This document shows, one piece after another, positions 35,058-42,095 of a stretch of 42,095 nucleotides of DNA. Source of the stretch: a virus (lineage: Duplodnaviria; Caudoviricetes); the IMG/VR virus record IMGVR_UViG_3300031553_000009, positions 1 to 42,095 of that record. The stretch is one strand, 5' to 3'. Positions within the stretch are counted from its first letter, which is position 1, and each line of letters opens with the position of its first letter. The notes below the pieces were generated by a model. It saw only the letters and a list, made by a program, of their open reading frames with translations. It was not told the DNA's origin and did no database searches. Made by a program: the position numbers and the translations under genes.

Positions 35058-36029
35058 GTTCGGGGCCTGGTATCTATCGCCTCCTTTTTGCGACAGATTG
35101 CAAGCTACAGGCCCCTTTTTTATGGCATTAGACGCCAATTCGCGTGCCATTGAGTAATACGACTGCCTTACAGCCAGATAATGCGTCATCGTTTTTGAGC
35201 TGTTATGGCCGGTCAGACGCATTACAAAATGCTGCGGTAAAACCTCGGCCATAAGTGTCGTATAGGTCTTGCGGAATCCGTGAAAATTGTTGATCTGCCG
35301 ACCGAACGCCTTCTTTTGAATCCTGACAAACGACCGGCGAAAATTCCAGTCCGGGCACTTACGCTGCCGCTCGTTCAATAGACCTGACTGACTGAGCCTC
35401 AACATCCGCTGATAAATCGCTTCCGTTAAAAACGGATACAAAAGACTTTGCTGCGATTGCATAGCTTGATCTAATTCGTCCACCAGCGGGACCTGACGCA
35501 ATTCCTTATCCTTGGCTTCCCATTCCCAAGTCTGTTTTGTGTTGCGTTTAGGCTCGACATGGATAAAACCATTGCGGATATTGTCCCAGGTGACATTTAG
35601 AATTTCACCTCGCCGCATACCAGTCGTATAGGCACATAACAGAATCAATCGCCAGCGCTGCGAAGGACAACAATCCAACATCCTTAACAGCTCCCGTCTT
35701 TCATAGATACGTATCGGTCGTCGTGTAACACGGAACTGCTTAAGGCCAACAAGCGGATTCTCTGGCAAAATCTTCTTGCTTTGAACCGCCCAGGAAAACA
35801 CACTCTTGACCGCTCGCATGTACATATTGGCCGTGTTCTTGCTTCGACCAGTTTTAAGTAACCAGCCTTTGTACTTTTGACCGTGATCCGGGCTGATTCT
35901 ATCTATCCGGCGGTTGCCGGTAGCCTGGGCAAAGTAGCGACATGCCCTTTCGACCGTCTCGCGTGTGGATTGTGCCAGCCAGAAGTTCTCACAGACATAC
36001 TGCTGGCCTAACGTTACAAATGTTAGCAT
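35031..36029 (-). CDS. int: Tyrosine integrase/recombinase
   Basis: TGMRRGE, FHGFRKT, LTGH and THY catalytic motifs; AAAGGAGG SD before MLTFV at 36029. Confidence 0.95.
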   Translation of the reverse strand: MLTFVTLGQQYVCENFWLAQSTRETVERACRYFAQATGNRRIDRISPDHGQKYKGWLLKTGRSKNTANMYMRAVKSVFSWAVQSKKILPENPLVGLKQFRVTRRPIRIYERRELLRMLDCCPSQRWRLILLCAYTTGMRRGEILNVTWDNIRNGFIHVEPKRNTKQTWEWEAKDKELRQVPLVDELDQAMQSQQSLLYPFLTEAIYQRMLRLSQSGLLNERQRKCPDWNFRRSFVRIQKKAFGRQINNFHGFRKTYTTLMAEVLPQHFVMRLTGHNSSKTMTHYLAVRQSYYSMARELASNAIKKGPVACNLSQKGGDRYQAPNWAVLDLNQ

Positions 36030-36069
36030 AGTATACCTCCTTTCGGTTAACAGATTGCAAGCTGCAATC

Positions 36070-36098
36070 ATTATACCAAAAAGCAGGCACTATGCCAA
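36070..36098 (-). promoter_or_regulatory. Integrase promoter
   Basis: TTGGCA-17-TATAAT. Confidence 0.75.
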
Positions 36099-36145
36099 CT
36101 TAACTGCGCCTTTCATCTTATGAGCTTGTCAAAGAGCTATGCGTT

Positions 36146-36292
36146 TTACTCAAAATAAATCCTACAATTGGGTAATTCTTCACGAAGTTGTGATATCTGC
36201 TCATAGCTTATCTGATTGTTTTCCAGCGAAAGCTCTGTCAGATTTTTTTCTTTAGCATTATCAACAATTTTTTGTAATTGATCTGCATTCAT
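36146..36292 (-). CDS. Single leucine-rich-repeat miniprotein
   Basis: NLTELSLENNQIS (LxxLxLxxNxI) plus a LREELPNCRI cap; start at MNADQ inferred. Confidence 0.65.
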   Translation of the reverse strand: MNADQLQKIVDNAKEKNLTELSLENNQISYEQISQLREELPNCRIYFE

Positions 36293-36430
36293 AGTTCTTC
36301 CTGACAATTTCTTTGATGATTTTTTCAGCATCTTCAGGGGTATAAAGTACCTCTAAAGATGTTCTTAAATTAGCAAATCTATTACGGGCTATTTCTGTGA
36401 TTTTTTTATCAGTCAGCTTTTTGCGTTTCA
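36261..36430 (-). CDS. Small basic hypothetical protein (MKRKKLTDKK...)
   Basis: Downstream part of the 72-aa ORF; the upstream ATG lies inside a hairpin. Confidence 0.5.
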
Positions 36431-36450
36431 TTTTTGACCATTCTTTATAG

Positions 36451-36533
36451 AAAAAGGCGCAGGGGTAGCTCTGTCGCATGAGGAACTATTCGAACCCCCG
36501 CGCCTTAAATTTCTTTGGTATTTGCGACAGAGC
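36451..36533 (-). promoter_or_regulatory. Attenuator-like element: large-loop terminator with upstream loop-complementary 11-mer
   Basis: Stem 36454-36466/36494-36506 plus a T tract; GCTCTGTCGCA/TGCGACAGAGC at 36468 and 36523. Confidence 0.6.
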
Positions 36534-36547
36534 ATTTTTCATTCCTG

Positions 36548-36745
36548 TTAATCTGGAGAATTTCCTTGACTTTGTCCGTTAAATCCGGTAACCTTACGCA
36601 TAGCAACTCGGAGGCCCTCGGGCAGCTTCTGACAGCCCTCTATAGACATAAATCTGTCAAAGGCCGCCCACAATCCCATGGATGCAGTAATCTGAACTGT
36701 TCTTGTTTCTTGCTTGACTTGACTTTCGGTTGCTTCTTTTGTCAT
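36548..36745 (-). CDS. Cro-position regulator, ribbon-helix-helix-like
   Basis: RTVQIT strand followed by two helices (...EGLRVAMRK); first gene after a strong promoter. Confidence 0.55.
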   Translation of the reverse strand: MTKEATESQVKQETRTVQITASMGLWAAFDRFMSIEGCQKLPEGLRVAMRKVTGFNGQSQGNSPD

Positions 36746-36776
36746 TCCGGATTACTCCTTTAATAAGTATGTACTT

Positions 36777-36805
36777 GTTATCGACTGAATAAGGAATTAT
36801 GTCAA
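36777..36805 (-). promoter_or_regulatory. Early lytic promoter
   Basis: TTGACA-17-GATAAC. Confidence 0.7.
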
Positions 36806-36908
36806 CATAAAAATATAGACGTTCTCGTAATTTATAGACAAGAGAGACATAACATATTTTATACCAAAGGCTTACATAAGAAAAAAAATATGAGATAATT
36901 CAATAATT

Positions 36909-37286
36909 ATGCGTGAAAGAAACCAAACGACTTTGGTTTTGACTAAAAAAGCTCAAGAAGTGAAGGACGACCTTGCCCCGATATTCGGGCTAAAGAACAT
37001 TCTATCTGCCGGTTTGGTTTTATTCGGCCAGCTCACGGATGCCCAGCAGAAGGCCGCTATTGCCGCCGCAGGCGACAAAAAGGTCGTGGAGGGTACATCT
37101 CCGCCCACCAGCCAGCCGATCACACTCCATGAGGCCTTACATCGAATGGTCGAGCGAATGAAGGCTAAGCAGACTGTAGAAGGCAATATTGTCAAGATAG
37201 TTAGGAGGGACGAGAAGACCTGGGAAGAATTGAATCGATTGGTCGAATCTCAAACCGAACCAACCAAAAAGAGAAAGATGAGGTAA
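36909..37286 (+). CDS. Divergent putative immunity repressor, RHH-like N-terminus
   Basis: One of only two credible plus-strand genes; QTTLVLT strand plus helices; divergent from the early operon. Confidence 0.55.
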   Translation: MRERNQTTLVLTKKAQEVKDDLAPIFGLKNILSAGLVLFGQLTDAQQKAAIAAAGDKKVVEGTSPPTSQPITLHEALHRMVERMKAKQTVEGNIVKIVRRDEKTWEELNRLVESQTEPTKKRKMR

Positions 37287-37375
37287 AATTAAACGCCAGC
37301 CAATCTGGCATAATTCCCGTTCTTACAGTTCAAATTGACCAGCGTTTAATCGAAGGATAGTATTATGTGTCTTTA

Positions 37376-37753
37376 TTAGCTTTTTCTGCCAGTTCCTCTG
37401 CCGCGTCCACCGCCTTTAGCATGACCGGGGCCACCTTTAGAACAACCGCCGGTGTTGCGATTTCGTCCGCCGCCGCCGGACATACCTGTACCTCTGCCGG
37501 CACCTGTTTTTGCTCCATATTTAGCCATTTTTTTACTCCATAAACCTTCTTTTCTCGCTTTCAAAGACCTTCGCTGTGCAGATGTAGCACGATTATCTCT
37601 AATAAGCTGCCTGATTATACGGTCACCATTATCACTTTTAACTATGCGATATTCCTCTCGATGAACCAAACCACAATCACAACAAACTCTTAAAAAACTA
37701 CCGCCGCTTACATCAACCCATTCTCCGTCAAATCTTTGTATATAAACAGGCAT
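37376..37753 (-). CDS. CCDCGLVH zinc protein in frame with a Gly/Arg-rich peptide (internal start 37528)
   Basis: Motifs as named; internal GGAG SD before MAKYG. Confidence 0.65.
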   Translation of the reverse strand: MPVYIQRFDGEWVDVSGGSFLRVCCDCGLVHREEYRIVKSDNGDRIIRQLIRDNRATSAQRRSLKARKEGLWSKKMAKYGAKTGAGRGTGMSGGGGRNRNTGGCSKGGPGHAKGGGRGRGTGRKS

Positions 37754-38007
37754 TATTCAATCAATCCATGGTCGCGGGCGATATTCTCATGGTTAAGCAG
37801 CTTCCAGTATTTGACTCGCGTTATCAATACGCCCTTATACGGAATGCTTACCGGCTCGTTCGGTTCAACGAAGATGACCTTTTCACTATCAGCGATATAG
37901 ACGGTTAAGCTCTTTGCTGATCTGCAACCGCTGACGCTGAAGTTTATTAACAAGATCGCCCCGACCAGCATAAACAGCCTGCTCAAGTTTTGCATTGACA
38001 GTATCAC
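37753..38007 (-). CDS. Lipoprotein, o-spanin (Rz1)-like
   Basis: Lipobox VSG-C; overlaps the upstream TM coiled-coil gene in another frame. Confidence 0.6.
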   Translation of the reverse strand: MILSMQNLSRLFMLVGAILLINFSVSGCRSAKSLTVYIADSEKVIFVEPNEPVSIPYKGVLITRVKYWKLLNHENIARDHGLIE

Positions 38008-38116
38008 GTTCCTTTTCCAATTTATCTATACGCGCAGTTTTGCTGTAATGTTTCTTCAAAAACCAGAGAACAATCCCCGACACAACTACAATCAGTGAAA
38101 GTATGAGCTTCGTCAT
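37889..38116 (-). CDS. i-spanin (Rz)-like protein
   Basis: N-terminal TM plus coiled coil. Confidence 0.55.
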   Translation of the reverse strand: MTKLILSLIVVVSGIVLWFLKKHYSKTARIDKLEKERDTVNAKLEQAVYAGRGDLVNKLQRQRLQISKELNRLYR

Positions 38117-38313
38117 TCGGGTTCTGTCGTTACAGGTTTTTCCAGTTCAACGCTAAAAGTATTTGCGATGAGCCTCACACCCCAGTCGTCCCAGCCGTTT
38201 TCGGTTTCAAGAGCCTTTTCGTAGAGTGCTTGCAAGAGCTTCGTAAGGCCAGTATGAAAGGCCTCGGCTATTTCAGGTGTCATTTTTTCCAGTAATTTTA
38301 GTAACCAAGTCAT
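38113..38313 (-). CDS. Lysis-region hypothetical protein
   Basis: T.N.WDD motif, amphipathic. Confidence 0.55.
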   Translation of the reverse strand: MTWLLKLLEKMTPEIAEAFHTGLTKLLQALYEKALETENGWDDWGVRLIANTFSVELEKPVTTEPE

Positions 38314-38498
38314 CTTGACTCCTTTCTTTCTCCATTGAGAATGTTATCTAATTTCATATACAATTTAGAAATCTTTTGTTCGATTTTTGATAGCATCTTG
38401 AGCAAATCTGCATAATCTGCCCGGGCTACCATAAGCTCTCGATTGATCTCATTGGCTTCTTTTTTAAGGTCTTCGGTTGTTATCGATTTTTTCTTCAA
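38310..38498 (-). CDS. Coiled-coil hypothetical protein
   Basis: Heptad pattern; coupled to the next gene. Confidence 0.5.
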   Translation of the reverse strand: MKKKSITTEDLKKEANEINRELMVARADYADLLKMLSKIEQKISKLYMKLDNILNGERKESR

Positions 38499-38703
38499 TT
38501 CGGTTTACCGCCTGTTTGATATATTCGATATCCTTTTTGATTTCTACTATGGATTCGGTATTTTCTTGTGTCTTTTGTGCTGTGGACTTTAACTGATCTA
38601 CCTTCTCCGCGTACTTTCCGTAAGCAAAGCCCACAGCCACAAGCGCCAACAATAATGGCAAAAATATTGCTGCCAACTTCAATGTTTTATTGTTGTTATT
38701 CAA
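38464..38703 (-). CDS. Holin/antiholin-like single-TM coiled-coil protein
   Basis: TM then ...IKKDIEYIK.AV.RIEEKID; first gene of the lysis cluster. Confidence 0.55.
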   Translation of the reverse strand: MNNNNKTLKLAAIFLPLLLALVAVGFAYGKYAEKVDQLKSTAQKTQENTESIVEIKKDIEYIKQAVNRIEEKIDNNRRP

Positions 38704-38747
38704 TTTTCTTCACTTGACTTTTTCATTTGGTACGTTACTGTTCAGCT

Positions 38748-38912
38748 ATGACTCAAAAAACCAAAACAATACTTGAATGGACTTGGTCTATAATTGGCTT
38801 CATAGCCATAATATGCTTAATTGTTTATCTATATAGTTCCAACCTAATATTTAGGTCTTTTTGGCAAGCCTTATGGAATTGGGCCGAACCGACCTCGAAT
38901 CCTAACTTTTGA
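38748..38912 (+). CDS. Small membrane protein, moron-like (possible superinfection exclusion)
   Basis: Own promoter TTGACT-16-TACTGT ending 6 nt before ATG 38748; single TM; opposite strand to the late operon. Confidence 0.55.
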   Translation: MTQKTKTILEWTWSIIGFIAIICLIVYLYSSNLIFRSFWQALWNWAEPTSNPNF

Positions 38913-38915
38913 AAT

Positions 38916-41900
38916 TTATTGTTCACCTTCCATTCTTTCTTTTAATCTTTTTTGTTTCAACCCTCGGCCTATAACGGGGTGTCTTTCCAATGGGCTGACA
39001 CCAGCCTTTTTCTTCTCACGCTCATAATAATCTAACAATAATTTATCGGCCTCTTCTGCTGTAACGCCAAAATTCTTTAATAATTCAATTGCTCGCTCTA
39101 CTTTTTGCTTCGCTTCTTTGGTAGTTGCTTGAAGCGATGCTGTGTGAGCTTTGCCTTGTAAATACTTATCAAGGTCGATTATTAATTTCGGTTTCCATTC
39201 CTCACGCATTTTCTTGGGAACCATTTTGCTATCGAGAATCTGATTGACTGTCTTGTTATAGTGGTCGATTGCTCCGCGTGGATTTTTCAGGGTTCCAAGG
39301 TATTGATACAACTTTTCCTGTTGACCTTTAAGCGAGTAAATCCTGTTGGTGATTGCCTGTTCTCGTTTGTCCTTTTCACTCATTGTAGGTCGATAACCAA
39401 GCAGTGTTTCTACTGCTGCTATTGTAGTATCAATCTCTTTGCGCCGAGATTGCTTGAAAACACTCCACGAAATCGGTTCGGTTTTCTTGATTTCATAGAC
39501 AGCAAGTTTCATAACTTTTCGCAGGAAGGGGTCGGTGATTTCTGTTACTCTGTCACCCTTCCAGTCATAAACAGCCCTTCCTTGTGAAATCAACAAAAGG
39601 TCTGCTGCTACTTCGGCTGTGGTAGCTGTCATTCCACCAACTCTTTTTATACTGGTTTCAATGGCCTTACCTGGCTCACCTAAAAACATATTCCCGTAAA
39701 CATTCCAGTAATCCTTATCGTAGGTCATCAGATCTATCATTATCCGGCGACCTTTATCATCGGTTTTGCCGGTATCAATTTTGAAAAGGTCTCGCAAATC
39801 TTCGGCGGTTTCAGGTTTCTTTGGCGGCTTGCCGGTCATTATCATTGTGCCAACAGTAGCTAATATCGATGTGATAATTAGTGAATTGACAATATTCGAC
39901 CGAGACCGATTGGCACTGAAGCCATCTTTGCCCTTCCATTGTAAGGCACTTTTGAGAATCGTTCTAAAATTTCCCTCTGCATAACCCGGGGCCATAAAGA
40001 AAAACCGCAAAACTGTAGTCCAGGTCCCGCTTCTTCCAAACAGCCTTTCGTTCACCATTCCATAAAAGTTTTGGCCTTCTTTGATAATTTCTTGAAGCTC
40101 TGCATCAGTTAATTCCCGTCCTAACTTCTTTGCCTGTTTGTTGTACCACATTTGAGTCTTTGCATATTTAACCTTCGGAATGTAGCTATTGAACATCCAA
40201 TTCACAAAACTAACGGGAAGCTTTATTGGTATAGCTCCATACTTAACGGCTTTGCCAAATTCCTTATTAAATTTATTGGCGAATTTCACAAAGGCTTTTC
40301 GTGCCTCTGATTCCACGCTGTATCTGTGTCCGCCACCATTTCGGACATAGCGTTTATAAAAAGGTGTTCTAAATGTTGGGTCATTTTTTCTGAATCCAAA
40401 TGTGATGCCTTGAGTTGCCATTCCCTTTCGGACACCAAATGGAATACGTTTTCCTGGTCTTTTATAAAACTCGGCAATTTTGTAAAATCCAAGATAGCCA
40501 CTATCGGCAACTGATTGTTTGGCAACAGAAAGAAGGTGAAAAGCACTGCCGATGAATTTTACGGTTCGCAGGAAATTATTAACTTGTCTCAAAGTGTTAA
40601 TTATAGGCACTTTGGTAATTTTATTTGTAGCGATAAGATTGTTGATTAGCTTGGCAAGGTCTGGTTGAAGCCGAAGTCCGCTAAATGCCGGATCCTGTAC
40701 TTTGTCCCATTCCACCGGAGCATCAATAAGATTATCTATAAATTTGCCCTCACCCGTCCGCATCAACTCATCTTTGAGCCAGTTCATTCCCTCAAGGTGG
40801 GCTATAGCAATATACTCACTTTTGAGATTTCGCACGGGATTTGGGTCTCTAATTTCAAGACCGTAGGATTTCGCATCTGCGTATGTAGGGAGCTTCTTTT
40901 CTTTGGTGAATCTCTTGGTTGTGCGCCAGTAATCAAGGAACTTATCAACCTTCTTGGAATCTTTGTAGATGCCGTAGAAGTATTCAGATACTCTATTGAT
41001 GTCGTCCCCCACAACCGATTGCAGATACTTATAATTGAAATCCGCTATATGCTGAATTGAGCCGAGTAACTTCGGACTTCGCAGTTCTTTCGGCAATTTG
41101 TTTGTTGCATCTTTCTTGATAAGCTGTGCTTCTACCGAAACTGGATCGCCACGCGATAGCATCAGATTGTCCAAATCTTTGTCGGAAAACTTATCGAGCC
41201 ATTCTTCCAGCTCATTGATTACCTTGTCCTTTTTCGGTAGCTCTGTTTGCTCGAATTTAACCCTTGCGACATCTGTGGCGTGAATACCTTTGATAACTGC
41301 TGCGTATGCCTCTTTGCCGAGTTTTCTTTCAACGGCCTTGGCTGGTTCGAGAACCCTCATAAATGCCTTGTGAGATTCGAGAACAGGGTTTAAATCGACA
41401 AAGCCAGGTTTGCCTTTTCCCTTTGCCTCAGCAGGCTTGGCAGGCGGCTTAATTTCTTTGGCAGCTTTGACGGGGACCTGGTCAACGAGTTTTTGAGCAC
41501 CAAGTGGTTTTCGCCCTCCAGTGGCCTCTGTAGGAGCGACTTTCTCGGCAGGGGGGGTAGGAATGGTCGGCTTAACAGGTTTTCGCCCAGCAGTCAACGG
41601 CTGTGGCTCTGCAATCATAGCCTGCTGCGTTGTCTCAGTTGGTCCGGCAGGTCTTTGAGTTTTTCTATAGAGGTCGGCAAGCAGTCGGTCTCGTTCGGCT
41701 CCAGTTCCTTTCGTCATAACCTGCTTAACTTCATCGAAAAGTGAGCGATTTCCGGCCTTTTTTTGCTGCTGAGCGAGTTTTACTAATTCTCTGGCCTCAT
41801 TATGAGCCTGTTTTGAGGACAAAGCCATGGCCTGTCTGTTTTCGGCAATTCCTTGTAATACTTGCTCAACTTGCTTATTTGATAATTTATTCAGATCAGG

Positions 41901-42071
41901 GTTATATTTTCTTGCCGCCTTTACCGCCTCTGTGGCGTATCTGTTCCGAACTGTTCTTTTAACGGCCTTAGTGCTTTTCTCTATGAGGCCCAGCGCCTCA
42001 AATCCGAGGATGGTAGCGCCTGTTTCGAGTATCTCCTGGGGGCTACCACCGCGCAGGGCGGTAACACCCAT
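38916..42071 (-). CDS. Large internal virion/ejection protein, C-terminal part (full length ~1301 aa from ATG 855)
   Basis: Last and largest gene of the ejection cluster; K-rich and helical; in frame across the join. Confidence 0.8.
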   Translation of the reverse strand: MGVTALRGGSPQEILETGATILGFEALGLIEKSTKAVKRTVRNRYATEAVKAARKYNPDLNKLSNKQVEQVLQGIAENRQAMALSSKQAHNEARELVKLAQQQKKAGNRSLFDEVKQVMTKGTGAERDRLLADLYRKTQRPAGPTETTQQAMIAEPQPLTAGRKPVKPTIPTPPAEKVAPTEATGGRKPLGAQKLVDQVPVKAAKEIKPPAKPAEAKGKGKPGFVDLNPVLESHKAFMRVLEPAKAVERKLGKEAYAAVIKGIHATDVARVKFEQTELPKKDKVINELEEWLDKFSDKDLDNLMLSRGDPVSVEAQLIKKDATNKLPKELRSPKLLGSIQHIADFNYKYLQSVVGDDINRVSEYFYGIYKDSKKVDKFLDYWRTTKRFTKEKKLPTYADAKSYGLEIRDPNPVRNLKSEYIAIAHLEGMNWLKDELMRTGEGKFIDNLIDAPVEWDKVQDPAFSGLRLQPDLAKLINNLIATNKITKVPIINTLRQVNNFLRTVKFIGSAFHLLSVAKQSVADSGYLGFYKIAEFYKRPGKRIPFGVRKGMATQGITFGFRKNDPTFRTPFYKRYVRNGGGHRYSVESEARKAFVKFANKFNKEFGKAVKYGAIPIKLPVSFVNWMFNSYIPKVKYAKTQMWYNKQAKKLGRELTDAELQEIIKEGQNFYGMVNERLFGRSGTWTTVLRFFFMAPGYAEGNFRTILKSALQWKGKDGFSANRSRSNIVNSLIITSILATVGTMIMTGKPPKKPETAEDLRDLFKIDTGKTDDKGRRIMIDLMTYDKDYWNVYGNMFLGEPGKAIETSIKRVGGMTATTAEVAADLLLISQGRAVYDWKGDRVTEITDPFLRKVMKLAVYEIKKTEPISWSVFKQSRRKEIDTTIAAVETLLGYRPTMSEKDKREQAITNRIYSLKGQQEKLYQYLGTLKNPRGAIDHYNKTVNQILDSKMVPKKMREEWKPKLIIDLDKYLQGKAHTASLQATTKEAKQKVERAIELLKNFGVTAEEADKLLLDYYEREKKKAGVSPLERHPVIGRGLKQKRLKERMEGEQ

Positions 42072-42092
42072 GAATCCGCCTGTTACGGCAGG
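41967..42092 (+). repeat. Terminal direct repeat, right copy
   Basis: Identical to 1-126. Confidence 0.97.
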
Positions 42093-42095
42093 AAT

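Larger units (their letters stand above)
34963..36062. repeat. ACAGATTGCAAGC repeats: 16-bp perfect inverted pair (34963-34978 / 36047-36062) plus a third copy (35093-35105)
   Basis: Direct sequence comparison. Confidence 0.9.
1..42095. mobile_element. Complete temperate tailed phage genome (podovirus-like morphogenesis), excised/circular form, ~41,966 bp unit length
   Basis: Terminal overlap; full set of packaging, head, tail, integration and replication genes; intact attP beside integrase; no host housekeeping genes. Confidence 0.95.

Noticed and set aside
36778-36810. dif-like Xer site (ATAA...TTATGTCAAC)
   Set aside because: Spacer is 4 bp rather than 6, and the sequence is better explained as a -35/-10 promoter.
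142-41962. Numerous short plus-strand and nested ORFs in the ORF track
   Set aside because: They are antisense shadows of well-supported minus-strand genes, with no RBS or motifs. Only 36909..37286 and 38748..38912 are accepted, plus the HNH relic.

Overview
The window is an apparently complete, circularly assembled temperate phage genome of about 41,966 bp. Positions 1-126 are repeated exactly at 41967-42092, and an ORF of about 1301 aa reads through the join. Almost all genes are on the minus strand. Late module (podovirus-like): TerS, TerL, P22-like portal, scaffold, N4-gp56-type major capsid, decoration/beta-helix spike proteins, adaptor, LamG fibres, nozzle, a PurD-like ATP-grasp protein, a GNAT, three putative ejection proteins, and holin/spanin-like genes with no recognisable endolysin. 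Early module: tyrosine integrase ending inside an intact attP (3' part of tRNA-Val GAC), a phage tRNA-fMet, two divergent small ribbon-helix-helix-like regulators, Erf recombinase, a PD-(D/E)XK nuclease, an origin (22-bp-spaced palindromic iterons plus DnaA boxes) beside a small HTH initiator, a beta-class DNA methyltransferase and many small ORFs. The host looks diderm; Planctomycetota is a weak guess. Most notable points: (i) an ATP-grasp(degenerate)/GNAT/leader-FGGGG ejection protein cassette suggesting virion protein modification; (ii) signal-peptide-like leaders on two virion-type proteins; (iii) four nearby ORFs sharing an MDLPVNQ start; (iv) perfect 16-bp inverted repeats around int+attP; (v) several structured RNA or attenuator-like elements. 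All family assignments come from motif recognition by eye, with no database searches.
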